A stretch of 64,000 bases of DNA from Vicinamibacterales bacterium (GCA_965215155.1 CBDCCY010000004.1:990151-1054150); one strand, 5' to 3'; positions 9,312 to 18,669 are shown, numbered from the stretch's first letter. The notes: generated by a model not told the origin, from the letters alone. Made by a program: numbers and translations.

Positions 9312-9767
9312 ATGCGTAACGGAAGCGGAGCGACGCTCGACCAGCGGCGCGCCCGCCACGCCTGGGAGGCGGCGGCGCGCATCAAGGCCAGAAGCGGCCG
9401 GAAGACGGACTCCGCCGGTGAGTCTCGTCGGGGAATGGAGCCGGGGGTGTCTGGAACCAGCTACGCCCGCGAGGCGAAGCGGCTATCGGTGCGGATCCTT
9501 ACCGCCGGGCTGGGCCATGCGCTCGCGTTCCTGAAAGCGAAGTCCGGGGCCGCGAACGAAGCCTTGCTGCGCGACGTCGCCGACTGGGTGCTCGACAAGC
9601 GCGTCCGACCCGACAGCAGGAGCGAACGGCCCAGAGCCGATGCGCTGATCGAGGCTATTGTCCAGAAGGACGGTACGTTTCTACAAACCACCACCGACGA
9701 GGCACTGGCCTACCTGCAGTGGCTGACCCGTTTCACCGAAGCGGAGTTCGGTGCCGACGAGGACTGA
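9312..9767 (+). CDS. cmr5: type III-B Cmr5 (small subunit, Cas11 family)
   Basis: GGAGGA lies 5 nt upstream of the ATG. The protein begins MRNGSGATLDQRRARHAWEAAARI and contains ...RLSVRILTAGLGHALAFLKAK..., an alpha-helical Cmr5 pattern. Confidence 0.8.
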   Translation: MRNGSGATLDQRRARHAWEAAARIKARSGRKTDSAGESRRGMEPGVSGTSYAREAKRLSVRILTAGLGHALAFLKAKSGAANEALLRDVADWVLDKRVRPDSRSERPRADALIEAIVQKDGTFLQTTTDEALAYLQWLTRFTEAEFGADED

Positions 9768-9776
9768 AGAGCCGCC

Positions 9777-10655
9777 ATGCCTGTCGATCTCGTCCTGCCA
9801 CACAGCGTCGCCGAAATCGTCGAGACGGTTGCTGTCTCGCAGCGTCATCCCGGCCTGCAACTCGACAAGCTCTCGCCGCCCGGCGATCAAAAAGAGCAGC
9901 TTCGGGCGTTGGAGCGAGTGTGTGAGGCGGCCAGCAACGAGACGTTCCTGACGGATCTGTGCCGGCGCCGCTCGGCGGTGCTGGCCGCCGTCGGCGCACA
10001 GCGTTTCCGAGCCGCGACGGCCGGTCCGCTAACCTTGCACCTCGCCCGTGCCTCGGGGCTGGAGAACGCCGGCATCCACGTGCACCCCGTCTACGGCTTC
10101 GCCTGTCTGCCGGGTTGCGGGCTCAAGGGGATGGCCCGTGCGTACGCTGAAACGGTCTGGTGGCCGGGCCAACCCGATCCGGCGGTAGCCAGGGAACGCA
10201 TTCGGGCCGTGTTCGGCTGGGCGACGGAGACCGGCAGGGACAGAGCGCAGCCAGACGGCGCGGATGCAGCCGGATCGCAGGCGGGCGCGATCGTCTACCA
10301 CGAAGCTTGGCCGACGACGTGGCCGCGCCTCCAGCCCGACATCGTCAACAACCATCATGCGGCGTACTACGGCGGCACGAATGATCCCGGAGATTGGGAA
10401 GACCCGGTTCCGGTCTACTTTCTCTCGGTCGCCGCCGGCGCGGTGTTCGACTTCGCGGTGTCGCCGCGGGCCGGAAACGAAGACAGCGACTCGGACCTTG
10501 CGGCCCTCGCGATCGAGTGGCTGCAAGCCGCGCTGGTGCACGAGGGTGCCGGGGCCAAGACCCACGCCGGCTACGGCCGCTTCATGCTGGAGGATCGCCC
10601 CGCACCCGTCCGCCCAAGCCGACGCGGCGCATTGCCACGCACACGCTCACGTTGA
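9777..10655 (+). CDS. cmr6: type III-B Cmr6 (RAMP)
   Basis: LTLHLARASGLENAGIHVHPVYGFACLPGCGLKGMARAY is Cmr6-like, and the C-terminus has the G-rich loop GAGAKTHAGYGRF. Confidence 0.85.
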   Translation: MPVDLVLPHSVAEIVETVAVSQRHPGLQLDKLSPPGDQKEQLRALERVCEAASNETFLTDLCRRRSAVLAAVGAQRFRAATAGPLTLHLARASGLENAGIHVHPVYGFACLPGCGLKGMARAYAETVWWPGQPDPAVARERIRAVFGWATETGRDRAQPDGADAAGSQAGAIVYHEAWPTTWPRLQPDIVNNHHAAYYGGTNDPGDWEDPVPVYFLSVAAGAVFDFAVSPRAGNEDSDSDLAALAIEWLQAALVHEGAGAKTHAGYGRFMLEDRPAPVRPSRRGALPRTRSR

Positions 10656-12127
10656 TGACGCCGGCCTTCTTTGCAGGGGCGCAGCAATCGCACAAAGATT
10701 GCGACCTGCGACCCGCCACGCTCCGCGGGCTGCTGCGCTGGTGGTGGCGGACGATGCACGCCGCCCATCTCGACCGCCAGGATCTGCGCCGCCTGGAGAC
10801 CGCGGTCTGGGGCAACGCCGAGCACGGTGCCGCGCTCGCCGTGTCGGTTCGGCGCGAAGGCGGGGGCGTGAAGCTGTTCGACTACAAGGACGGATTTCAG
10901 CCGAAGCGGGAATTCGCCCGGGAGCATGATCTTGAGCCGGTTCGTGGGAGGAAATCCACACAGGGACTGTTCTACGTCTCGTATGGCATGGACGAAAAAG
11001 GACGTCAGCGCTGGCACGTCGAGCCGGGAGCACGGTGGACCGTCACTCTCAGCGCACGCAGCGGTGTCGTCGTCCCGCGGAGTAACTGTGAGGGGGAACA
11101 GAAGCGCGTCGAAGACGTCGGACCGACCATCGACGCCGTCGACGTGCTGCGCCAAGGCGAGGCAGCCCTCTGGCTGCTCTGTCGCTACGGCGGTGCCGGA
11201 TCGAAGGCCCGGAAGGGGTTCGGCTCCTTCGCCGACATCGCGGTCGACGGCATCGCCGACGTGAAGGACTGCCGGCAGCGCGGTGCGGAATTTCGCCGCG
11301 CTGCCGCGCTCGCCGATCACGTTCGCCGACCGGCGAGATCGTCCAGCCTCGACGACATGCTGACGCTGGAAGTCGGAACACCGTGGCGGGACTGCTGGTT
11401 CGCGATCGATCAGCTCGGCTTCGCGATCCAGGCGTTCGCGCAGAAGAACGCTCACCAGGGACGCAAGGCCGCGCTCGGCCTCCCTCGAAAAATCCACGGC
11501 CCGAAAGGGAAGCCGATGAAACACCAGAATCATGAGCGACATCGGCAGCCCGAGCCTCTGAAATCGGGGAATGGCCGTAAGCGTCATGCCGCACCCGTCC
11601 ACTACCACCTGACGCCGTGCGGTGGCGGCACCCTGGCCGTGCGCATGACCGCCTTTCCGGCGCCCGATCTACCCGACATCAAGACCAGCCACATGGTGCT
11701 GGAGGAACTCAGGAACCACCTGCAGTCCGAGGTGGAGCAACGGTCGCAAACTTACGTCAATCGGGGCACAAGACCGCCAAAGACTCGCCCCTCGCCATCC
11801 GGCCCCCGTGGCGAGCCATCCGGCGCAGCAGTTCCGCTTCCCAGACCGCACGAGCGCGTCGAGGCCGTGCTGCTCGACGAGAGAACGAAGAAGGGCGGTT
11901 GGAAGGCGACGCACGATGCGAGCGGACTGCAAGGACCGGTTCAGAACAGCGGCGACGTTCCCGGCGACGCCGCGCCTGGCCAGGGCGTGGAACTCGTCGT
12001 GGCCTCAGTCAACGTCAACCGGCGTGAGATCGCGTTTCGGTGGCCGACGGATCGGGACGCCCTACCCGCTCGCCCAGGCCGGCCGGCAGCGGATCGACGA
12101 TCGCGGTCCAGAAGCGGAGGGCGGTAG
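10655..12127 (+). CDS. cmr1: type III-B Cmr1 (RAMP) with a C-terminal extension; start uncertain
   Basis: ..IATHTLTLMTPAFFAGAQQSHKDCDLRPATLRGLLRWWWRTMH is the Cmr1 N-terminal RAMP signature. A second G-rich loop is GAGSKARKGFGSF. The only canonical in-frame starts are TTG 10652 and ATG 10655, in a TGATG overlap with the cmr6 stop. The conserved first strand (ATHTLTL) lies upstream of both. Confidence 0.75.
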   Translation: MTPAFFAGAQQSHKDCDLRPATLRGLLRWWWRTMHAAHLDRQDLRRLETAVWGNAEHGAALAVSVRREGGGVKLFDYKDGFQPKREFAREHDLEPVRGRKSTQGLFYVSYGMDEKGRQRWHVEPGARWTVTLSARSGVVVPRSNCEGEQKRVEDVGPTIDAVDVLRQGEAALWLLCRYGGAGSKARKGFGSFADIAVDGIADVKDCRQRGAEFRRAAALADHVRRPARSSSLDDMLTLEVGTPWRDCWFAIDQLGFAIQAFAQKNAHQGRKAALGLPRKIHGPKGKPMKHQNHERHRQPEPLKSGNGRKRHAAPVHYHLTPCGGGTLAVRMTAFPAPDLPDIKTSHMVLEELRNHLQSEVEQRSQTYVNRGTRPPKTRPSPSGPRGEPSGAAVPLPRPHERVEAVLLDERTKKGGWKATHDASGLQGPVQNSGDVPGDAAPGQGVELVVASVNVNRREIAFRWPTDRDALPARPGRPAADRRSRSRSGGR

Positions 12128-12130
12128 CGG

Positions 12131-13435
12131 ATGGCGAGGCACGGCGGTCGGGTGCTGGTCATGACCGTCGGAACTGGCGATGTCGACCGGCTCGAAGAGA
12201 CGCTGTTCACGCCGCTCCGGAAATCCATGGCCACCGACGCTTGGGCTAGGGTCGTGTTGTTGCCGTCAAGCGTGACCGAAGATTTAGCCCGAACGCTTCG
12301 CGAGCGGACCGACGGTACGGTTGTGGAGGTCTCACCCTTGCCAGCCGGTGACGAGAACGACGCCGACGCGGCCTATGCTCATTTCGACAGCGTTCTGGCG
12401 GCGATCCTGCAGGACGGCGCGCCGCCGGATGACGTCGTGGTCGACTTCACCCGGGGTACGAAGGCGATGAGCGCCGCGCTCGTCCTGGCTGCCACCCGCT
12501 GGGGGGTGCCGCGCCTGCGCTACGTCACCGGCCGGCGTGACCCGCGCGGCATGGTCGAGCCCGGCTCCGAGCAGGTGCGCGGGATCTGGACCACGACGGT
12601 GGACGGCCACCGTCGCTTGGATCTCGCGCGCGAGTTCGTACGCCGGGGCAACTTCACGGCCGTGGCGGACGTTCTCCCCGACCCCGCCAGCCCGTTCGCT
12701 CAGCTCCATCTCGACGATTTCCTCGAATCCACGCGCTCGGTGCGCACGGCGGCGCGGTTCTATGCCGCCTGGGACCGGCTCGACTACGCCGAGGCAGCGG
12801 CGACCAGCGTCGAGAAGCCTCCTTCCGCAGCCTGGACCGGACTCTGGCCGACGAAAGACATGCACGCCTGGGTGGATGAACTGGCACGTGAACCGGAGCG
12901 CACGGACCATTCCGCCATGGCCGCCCGGCTGCGCAGACTCGTGGTCGATCTGTTGGCCAACGGCGAGCGGCGCATCCGGCAGGGCCAGAACGAGGACGCG
13001 CTCGTGCGCGCCTATCGGATACTGGAGCTGATCGGTCAGGCGAGGCTCTTCGACCACCGCCTCGATTCAGCCGATCTCGATCCGGATCACCCCGCGGTGC
13101 AGGCGGTGCGACGAGAGTCCGCCAAGAAGAAACGGGTCCCTTTCTCCGAGGGAGCTGGAGGCAAGTTGCAGGCGTCGCGGTTTCAGGTTGGACGCATCTT
13201 ACGCCATTGCAGCGATCCTCTGGCCGCGCCGCTGTTGAGATTGGAAGAGGAATCGCTCCTCAAGCCGACTCTTCGCAACACCAGCGTTCTTGTGCACGGT
13301 TTTGCCGCACGGGCTCCAAACGACCCGGCTCCGTTGCGCGGTCTGTTCCACGATCTCGAAGAACTCGCGGGTGAAGACGGCGGCGACGTCGCCGCGCAGT
13401 TGCGTACCGCCCGATTTCCTGCCGTCTTCGGTTAG
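12131..13435 (+). CDS. CARF-domain ancillary protein with C-terminal HEPN-like motif (Cas02710/Csx1-Csm6-like)
   Basis: The N-terminal Rossmann/CARF pattern is RVLVMTVGTG...VVVDFTRGTKAMSAALVLAA. The C-terminal LRNTSVLVHGF is an R-N-x-S-x-L-x-H-G HEPN-type motif. The gene starts 3 nt after the cmr1 stop. Confidence 0.8.
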   Translation: MARHGGRVLVMTVGTGDVDRLEETLFTPLRKSMATDAWARVVLLPSSVTEDLARTLRERTDGTVVEVSPLPAGDENDADAAYAHFDSVLAAILQDGAPPDDVVVDFTRGTKAMSAALVLAATRWGVPRLRYVTGRRDPRGMVEPGSEQVRGIWTTTVDGHRRLDLAREFVRRGNFTAVADVLPDPASPFAQLHLDDFLESTRSVRTAARFYAAWDRLDYAEAAATSVEKPPSAAWTGLWPTKDMHAWVDELAREPERTDHSAMAARLRRLVVDLLANGERRIRQGQNEDALVRAYRILELIGQARLFDHRLDSADLDPDHPAVQAVRRESAKKKRVPFSEGAGGKLQASRFQVGRILRHCSDPLAAPLLRLEEESLLKPTLRNTSVLVHGFAARAPNDPAPLRGLFHDLEELAGEDGGDVAAQLRTARFPAVFG

Positions 13436-13502
13436 CGGGTTCCGGATCGAAGCGTCAATGTTTTGACTTGTACAATTTTCCGGATTATGGCATAACGGTG
13501 GC

Positions 13503-14483
13503 GTGACGTCCGCCGACCGGAAATCGCCCCCACCTCGAACTGCGGAGCTTCCCACCGACCTCGAACGGCTTCGCGGAGAGTTGGCGCGGCGGGAGCGCGA
13601 CACCGAGAACCTGCGGCGCGAGAAGGGCCGGTTGCAGCGCAAGAGCAACCGACTGCAGCGGGAGAATGACCACCTGAAGCAAGAGAACGAGCGCCTGAAA
13701 CGGCAATTGGACGAGGCCCGTCGGGCGGGTCGCCGGCAGGCCGCGCCGTTCGCCAAGGACCGGCCGCAGGGTCGCGGGAGGCATCCCGGACGCCGAGCCG
13801 GTGCGGAGTATGGCCGCCATGGCTGCCGCCGGCGTCCGGCGCAGGTCGACGAGACCCACGCGGCGCCGATTCCGAGGGAATGTCCGGACTGCGGCGGCGC
13901 GGTCGAAAGGACCCGCGAGGCGTCGCAGTATCAGGAAGACCTGCCGGTGGTGCGCCCGGTGGTGCGGCGCTTTGCCATCGAGGTTGGTCACTGCACGCGG
14001 TGTCAGCGGCGGGTGCAGGGCCGCCACGAGCTGCAGACCTCGGACGCGCTGGGGGCGGCGGGCGTGCAGCTCGGTCCCGCGGTCGTGGCGCTGGTGGTCG
14101 AGCTGCACACGGAGATGGGGGTGCCGCTGGCGAAGGTCGCGCACCTGCTGCGGACCACGTTCGGGCTGCAGGTGACGCCGGGCGGGCTGGCCCACGTGCT
14201 GCACCGGGCGGCCCGTGCCGCCGCGCCGGCCTACACGGAACTGTGCGAGCAGGTCCGCAACGCGCCCGTGGTCACGCCGGACGAGACGGGCTGGCGCGTC
14301 GGCGGCGAGCGCCATTGGCTGTGGACGTTCGTCACGCCGGAGACGACGGTCTACGCCATCTGCCCCGGCCGCGGGTTCGCCGATGCCGCCACGGTGCTGG
14401 GGACCGACTACGTCGGCGTGCTCGTGCGCGACGGATGGGCGCCGTATCGCTGCTACGACGGCCTGCACCAAACGTGTCTGAAC
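13503..14483 (+). pseudogene. IS66-family transposase, 5' two-thirds (cut at ...HQTCLN)
   Basis: An N-terminal leucine zipper (LRGELARRERDTENLRREKGRLQRKSNRLQRENDHLKQENERLKRQL) is followed by the zinc motif CPDCGG...CTRCQ and by DETGWRVGGERHWLWTF. The reading frame then leaves IS66 similarity at the RIT terminal repeat. Confidence 0.8.
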
Positions 14484-14567
14484 CACTATGCCGATGTCAG
14501 GATTATTCCGATGTTGGTGCAGACGCCCCTGTTGTTGGCGGCATCTGCACCAAACTGATCGGCATAA

Positions 14568-15557
14568 TCACAGCCCTTCGAGAAAGGCCAGGAGCGCGTC
14601 GGATGGTTGATAGCGGCCCCCGCGGACTTCGGCTGGGGTGGTCCTTGCGAGCGCCCGTTCCTTCAGGGCGAGGTCGGCATGGATGTAGATGTCGGTGGTG
14701 CGGACGTGTTCGTGTCCGAGCCACAGGGCGATGACGGTGTTGTCGACCCCGGCGTGCAGCAACCGCATGGCTGCGGTGTGACGCAGCGTGTGCGGGGTGA
14801 CGGTCTTCTCGCGGAGCGATGGGCAGGCGTGGGCCGCAGCAGCCACGTGCGTCGTGACGCGTTGCGCGAGGGCGTCTCGGCTGAGCGGTTTGCCTGTCCG
14901 CGTAGGGAAGACTGGTGCCTCTGGTGAGCTGGCGCATTCGGCCAGCCAGGCACGCAGGGCGGCGGCCACCGGCTTGGTGAGCGGAGTGACCCGGTGCTTG
15001 CGCCCTTTTCCAAGGCAGTGGACGTGCGCACCTCGCGCCAAGTGCAGGTCCGTGCAGCGCAGGCCGGTGAGTTCGGCGGCGCGCAATCCGGTCTGGATCG
15101 CGAGCGCGAGGAGAGTGTGGTCGCGGCGCCCGGTCCACGTGGTGCGGTCGGGGGCGGCGAGCAGGGCGTCGACTTCGAGGTCGGACAGGAAGGTCACGAG
15201 CCCACGTGGACCGCGCGTGGGGGGCATCGCGAGTACGCGGGCAATGACGGCTGCCTGCTCGGGATGCTCCAGTGCGGCATAGCGGAACAGGGCATGAATG
15301 GCCGACAACCGCGCGTTGCGGGTGCGCGCGGTGTTCGCGCGGTCGTGCTCGAGGTGGGCCAGGAATCGTCCGATGAGGGGTGCGTCGAGATCGCCGAGTT
15401 CCAGGTCCGAGGGGGCCTTGGCGAGGTGGACCGCGGCAAAGCGGACGAGCATCCGCCACGCGTCGCGGTAGGCAGCGACCGTGTGCGGGCTGGCGTGGCG
15501 CTGGTGCACGAGCCGCTCGGTGAAGAACGCCTGGAGCGTGGGAGCAAGGGCGCTCAT
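14568..15557 (-). CDS. ritC: tyrosine recombinase, third gene of the trio
   Basis: The protein begins MSALAPTLQAFFTERLVHQRHASPHTVAAYRDAWRMLVRF. Its catalytic region is ...HTLRHTAAMRLLHAGVDNTVIALWLGHEHVRTTDIYIHA. There is an ATGA overlap with the upstream gene at 15554-15557. Confidence 0.8.
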   Translation of the reverse strand: MSALAPTLQAFFTERLVHQRHASPHTVAAYRDAWRMLVRFAAVHLAKAPSDLELGDLDAPLIGRFLAHLEHDRANTARTRNARLSAIHALFRYAALEHPEQAAVIARVLAMPPTRGPRGLVTFLSDLEVDALLAAPDRTTWTGRRDHTLLALAIQTGLRAAELTGLRCTDLHLARGAHVHCLGKGRKHRVTPLTKPVAAALRAWLAECASSPEAPVFPTRTGKPLSRDALAQRVTTHVAAAAHACPSLREKTVTPHTLRHTAAMRLLHAGVDNTVIALWLGHEHVRTTDIYIHADLALKERALARTTPAEVRGGRYQPSDALLAFLEGL

Positions 15558-16480
15558 GCTGAGGCCCCCAGATGGCGTTCGAGGCGGTCTGAGGCCAACT
15601 GCATCAATGCCGGTGCCGCCGACAGGTACCAGTATGTGTACTTGGGGTCGGCGTGCCCGAGATAGGTGGCCAGGAGCGCGATTCGCGCCGCCGGATTCTG
15701 GCCCTGTCGGTAGGCGTCGAGCAGCGTGCACGTCGCGAACCGATGTCGGATGTCGTGCAGCCGTGGCCGACAGGCGGCTGCGTGCGGCCGGAGGCCCGCG
15801 CGCTGGACCAGGGTGCGGAACGTCTGCTGTACATTGCGGCACAGCAGCCTCGTGCCCGCGGTAGAAACGAACAGCGCGGCGGTGTCCCGGGCCGCCAGCC
15901 GGTCCGCGCGGAGCAGATACTGCTGGACCGCGGCGCTGGCTGTGGGGTGCAGCGGAAGTGCACGGGACTTGTCGAATTTGCCGTGGCGGACGGTGATCAG
16001 CCCCTGCTCGGCGTCGAAATCGTGCCGATCGAGCGCGATGGCTTCACCGACGCGCATCCCGGTCACGACCAGCAGACCGATCAGGGTCCGATACGTTGCG
16101 GCCCGATGCCCGGTGCGCAGCCCCGATGTGGCGACCAGCAGGGCCGCGATGTCTTCGTCGGTGTAGGGGTACGGCGTGGCGCGCTGGGCGCGCGCCTGCA
16201 ACAGGTCGGCGGGCGGTATCTCGGTTGCCGGGTCGATCGTGCGCACGAAGGTCGCGAAGCCGCGGACGACGGTGAGTCGGCTGGCCCACCACGCCCTCGG
16301 GTCCTTCCCGGCGGGGAGTGTCGCCCAGGCGAGGGCGGTCTCGGTGCGCAGGCGCGTCTCCCCGCGGTCTTCGAGATAGGTCAGGAATTGCGCGAGGAGC
16401 TTCTCCGCGCGCGCCAAGCGGTAGCCCAGCGCCCGGCGCATCGTCAGATAGTCGGCCAGGGCTTGACGCAGGAAGGTCAT
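15554..16480 (-). CDS. ritB: tyrosine recombinase, second gene of the trio
   Basis: The protein begins MTFLRQALADYLTMRRALGYRL and contains ...LHDIRHRFATCTLL...LATYLGHADPKYTYWYL. There is an ATGA overlap with the upstream gene at 16477-16480. Confidence 0.8.
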   Translation of the reverse strand: MTFLRQALADYLTMRRALGYRLARAEKLLAQFLTYLEDRGETRLRTETALAWATLPAGKDPRAWWASRLTVVRGFATFVRTIDPATEIPPADLLQARAQRATPYPYTDEDIAALLVATSGLRTGHRAATYRTLIGLLVVTGMRVGEAIALDRHDFDAEQGLITVRHGKFDKSRALPLHPTASAAVQQYLLRADRLAARDTAALFVSTAGTRLLCRNVQQTFRTLVQRAGLRPHAAACRPRLHDIRHRFATCTLLDAYRQGQNPAARIALLATYLGHADPKYTYWYLSAAPALMQLASDRLERHLGASA

Positions 16481-17697
16481 GCTGCACCTCCAGGCCACGC
16501 GCGTGCGATCGTGCGCAGGGCGTCATGGTCGACCTTCGCGTAGATCGCCGTGGTCTGCAGGCGGGCGTGACGCAGGAAGTGCTGGATCTCGGACAGGGGG
16601 GCGCCCGCTCGGAGCAGTTGCGTTGCCGCGAAATGACGCAACCGATGTGCGTGGACGACGCCGAGGCCGGCTCGCTGCGCGGCGGCGGCCACAATCTGCG
16701 TGACCCCGGTCGGGCTCAACGGGCCCAGAGGCGCGACCAGGCGGACGAAGACGGTGCGCCCCTGCGCCCGGGTCGGCCGTTGGCGGAGATATGCGGCCAC
16801 CGCGTTGCCCACATCGGTCGGGAGAGGCATGCGCTCGGCCCGATTCCCCTTGCCGTGTACGACGACCTCGCCGGCGCGCCAGTGCACGTCGTCGAGACGC
16901 AGGGTCGCCACTTCGGCGGCCCGCAGGCCGAGGCGGGCCAGCGTGGTGATGACCGCAAAGTCGCGGCGCCCTCCCAGCGTCCGGGGGTCGCACGCGGCGA
17001 GCAGTCGCCGGACGTGGTCGGGCTCGAGGCGCGGCGGAAGCGCCACCAGTCGTCGGCCGGCTACCGACGGGACGGCCGTCGCCAGCGAACGCTGGACCAC
17101 CCCGGTGACATGCAGGAAGACCAGCAGCGAGCGCAGTGCGGTCGACGTCAGTTGCGCGGCCCGGCGGGATTGCTCGGCACAGCGCGCCACCATGAACGCA
17201 GTCACGTCGGCCTCACCGAGTTGCTCGAGGTCCAGCCCGAGGCCGTCGGCCGAGATGCAGCCGCGCAGAAAGGGGCGGACCGCATCGACGTAGCCCTGGG
17301 CGGTGGCTTCGCCCAGACCCCGTTCCACGGTGAGGTAGTGCCGGTAGAGCACCAGGGTCTTGTCCACGGGCCCTGTCGGGATGGGCGTCGTCGCAGGCGG
17401 GATCGCGCCACGAGCCCGGAGGTACGTCAGCAACGGGCGCAGCGCCTTGCCCGTCAGATGCCTCTTGTAGCCGGCCTTCTGCCGTGCTTGCAGAAACTGC
17501 TGCGTTCGCTCTGGCAGGTCGCCGATGTCGAGGCCTCTTGCCTGCAGCCACCGGCTGACGGCCGACGCCAGAGACAACTGCGTCCGCAGCGAGCGCGGTG
17601 TGTAGCCTTGCTGCGCAAGCTCCGTCGCGAAGCCCGCCGCGAACGGCTTGAGCGAACCAGCGATGGCGACGACGGGAACGCGTGACGGATCACTCAT
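16477..17697 (-). CDS. ritA: tyrosine recombinase, first and longest gene of the trio
   Basis: This 406-aa protein has the catalytic region ...RLGLRAAEVATLRLDDV...HAHRLRHFAATQLLRAGAPLSEIQHFLRHARLQTTAIYAKV. Confidence 0.8.
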   Translation of the reverse strand: MSDPSRVPVVAIAGSLKPFAAGFATELAQQGYTPRSLRTQLSLASAVSRWLQARGLDIGDLPERTQQFLQARQKAGYKRHLTGKALRPLLTYLRARGAIPPATTPIPTGPVDKTLVLYRHYLTVERGLGEATAQGYVDAVRPFLRGCISADGLGLDLEQLGEADVTAFMVARCAEQSRRAAQLTSTALRSLLVFLHVTGVVQRSLATAVPSVAGRRLVALPPRLEPDHVRRLLAACDPRTLGGRRDFAVITTLARLGLRAAEVATLRLDDVHWRAGEVVVHGKGNRAERMPLPTDVGNAVAAYLRQRPTRAQGRTVFVRLVAPLGPLSPTGVTQIVAAAAQRAGLGVVHAHRLRHFAATQLLRAGAPLSEIQHFLRHARLQTTAIYAKVDHDALRTIARAWPGGAA

Positions 17698-17840
17698 GAG
17701 AGCCTCCTCTCTCGTGGGTCGTGAGAGAAGAGTCTCCGTCCGTCAGCGCGCGGTGATTATCCGGATCGTCTCGTCGAAGACGCCCTGCACGACCGGGACA
17801 TCAGGGCGGACATCGGAATAATCCCGACATCGGCATAGTG

Positions 17841-18503
17841 ATTCAGACAGGTCTGGTGCAGTCCGTCGTAGCAGCGATACGGTGCCCATCCGTCGCGCAC
17901 GAGCACGCCGACGTAGTCGGTCCCCAGCACCGTGGCGGCATCGGCGAACCCCCGGCCGGGGCAGATGGCGTAGACCGTCGTCTCCGGCGTGACGAACGTC
18001 CACAGCCAGTGGCGCTCGCCGCCGACGCGCCAGCCCGTCTCGTCCGGCGTGACCACCGGCGCGTTGCGGACCTGCTCGCACAGCTCCGTGTAGGCCGGCG
18101 CGGCGGCGTGGGCTGCCCGGTGCAGCACGTGGGCGAGGCCGCCCGGCGTGACCTGTAGGCCGAACGTGGTCCGCAGCAGGTGCGCGACCTTCGCCAGCGG
18201 CACCCCCATCTCCGTGTGCAGCTCGACCACCAGCGCCACGACCGCGGGACCGAGCTGCACGCCCGCCGCCCCCAGCGCGTCCGAGGTCTGCAGCTCGTGG
18301 CGGCCCTGCACCCGCCGCTGACACCGCGTGCAGTGACCAACCTCGATGGCAAAGCGCCGCACCACCGGGCGCACCACCGGCAGGTCTTCCTGATACTGCG
18401 ACGCCTCGCGGGTCCTTTCGACCGCGCCGCCGCAGTCCGGACACTCCCTCGGAATCGGCGCCGCGTGGGTTTCGTCGACCTGCGCCGGACGCCGGCGGCA
18501 GCC
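17841..18503 (-). pseudogene. IS66-family transposase internal fragment, inverted duplicate of 13821-14483
   Basis: The reverse strand encodes ...ECPDCGGAVERTREASQYQEDLPVVRPVVRRFAIEVGHCTRCQ...DGLHQTCLN. It ends at the same codon as the left copy. Differences from 13821-14483 are about 3-4% and mostly synonymous. Confidence 0.8.
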
Positions 18504-18669
18504 GTGTCCACCATACTAGGACATCCGTCGCCGTCCGGCACCGTCCTGCATGGTCCGTAAACACCTGAATAATCGTTGATTACTACCACTTCACGGGCTT
18601 GACGAGATCCGGTTCCGTCCGGTACGATCCGCCGATATCCGCCATTCACTGAGGGGTGTACTGGCAGAG

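Larger units (their letters stand above)
14484..17840 (-). mobile_element. recombinase-in-trio (RIT) element
   Basis: Three overlapping tyrosine-recombinase genes sit between inverted termini CACTATGCCGATGTC(A/G)GGATTATTCCGATGT (14484-14514 and 17810-17840). The left end also has the nested palindrome TTGGTGCAGA-N20-TCTGCACCAA (14514-14553). Confidence 0.75.

Noticed and set aside
13436-13502. Possible IS66 left terminal repeat or promoter between the CARF gene and the IS66 transposase (TGTACAATTTTCCGGATTATGGCATAACGG)
   Set aside because: It resembles the ATTATCCGGAT/ATCGGCATAA sub-motifs at the RIT ends. However, there is no matching partner that would define an IS66 inverted repeat, so it is too short to interpret.
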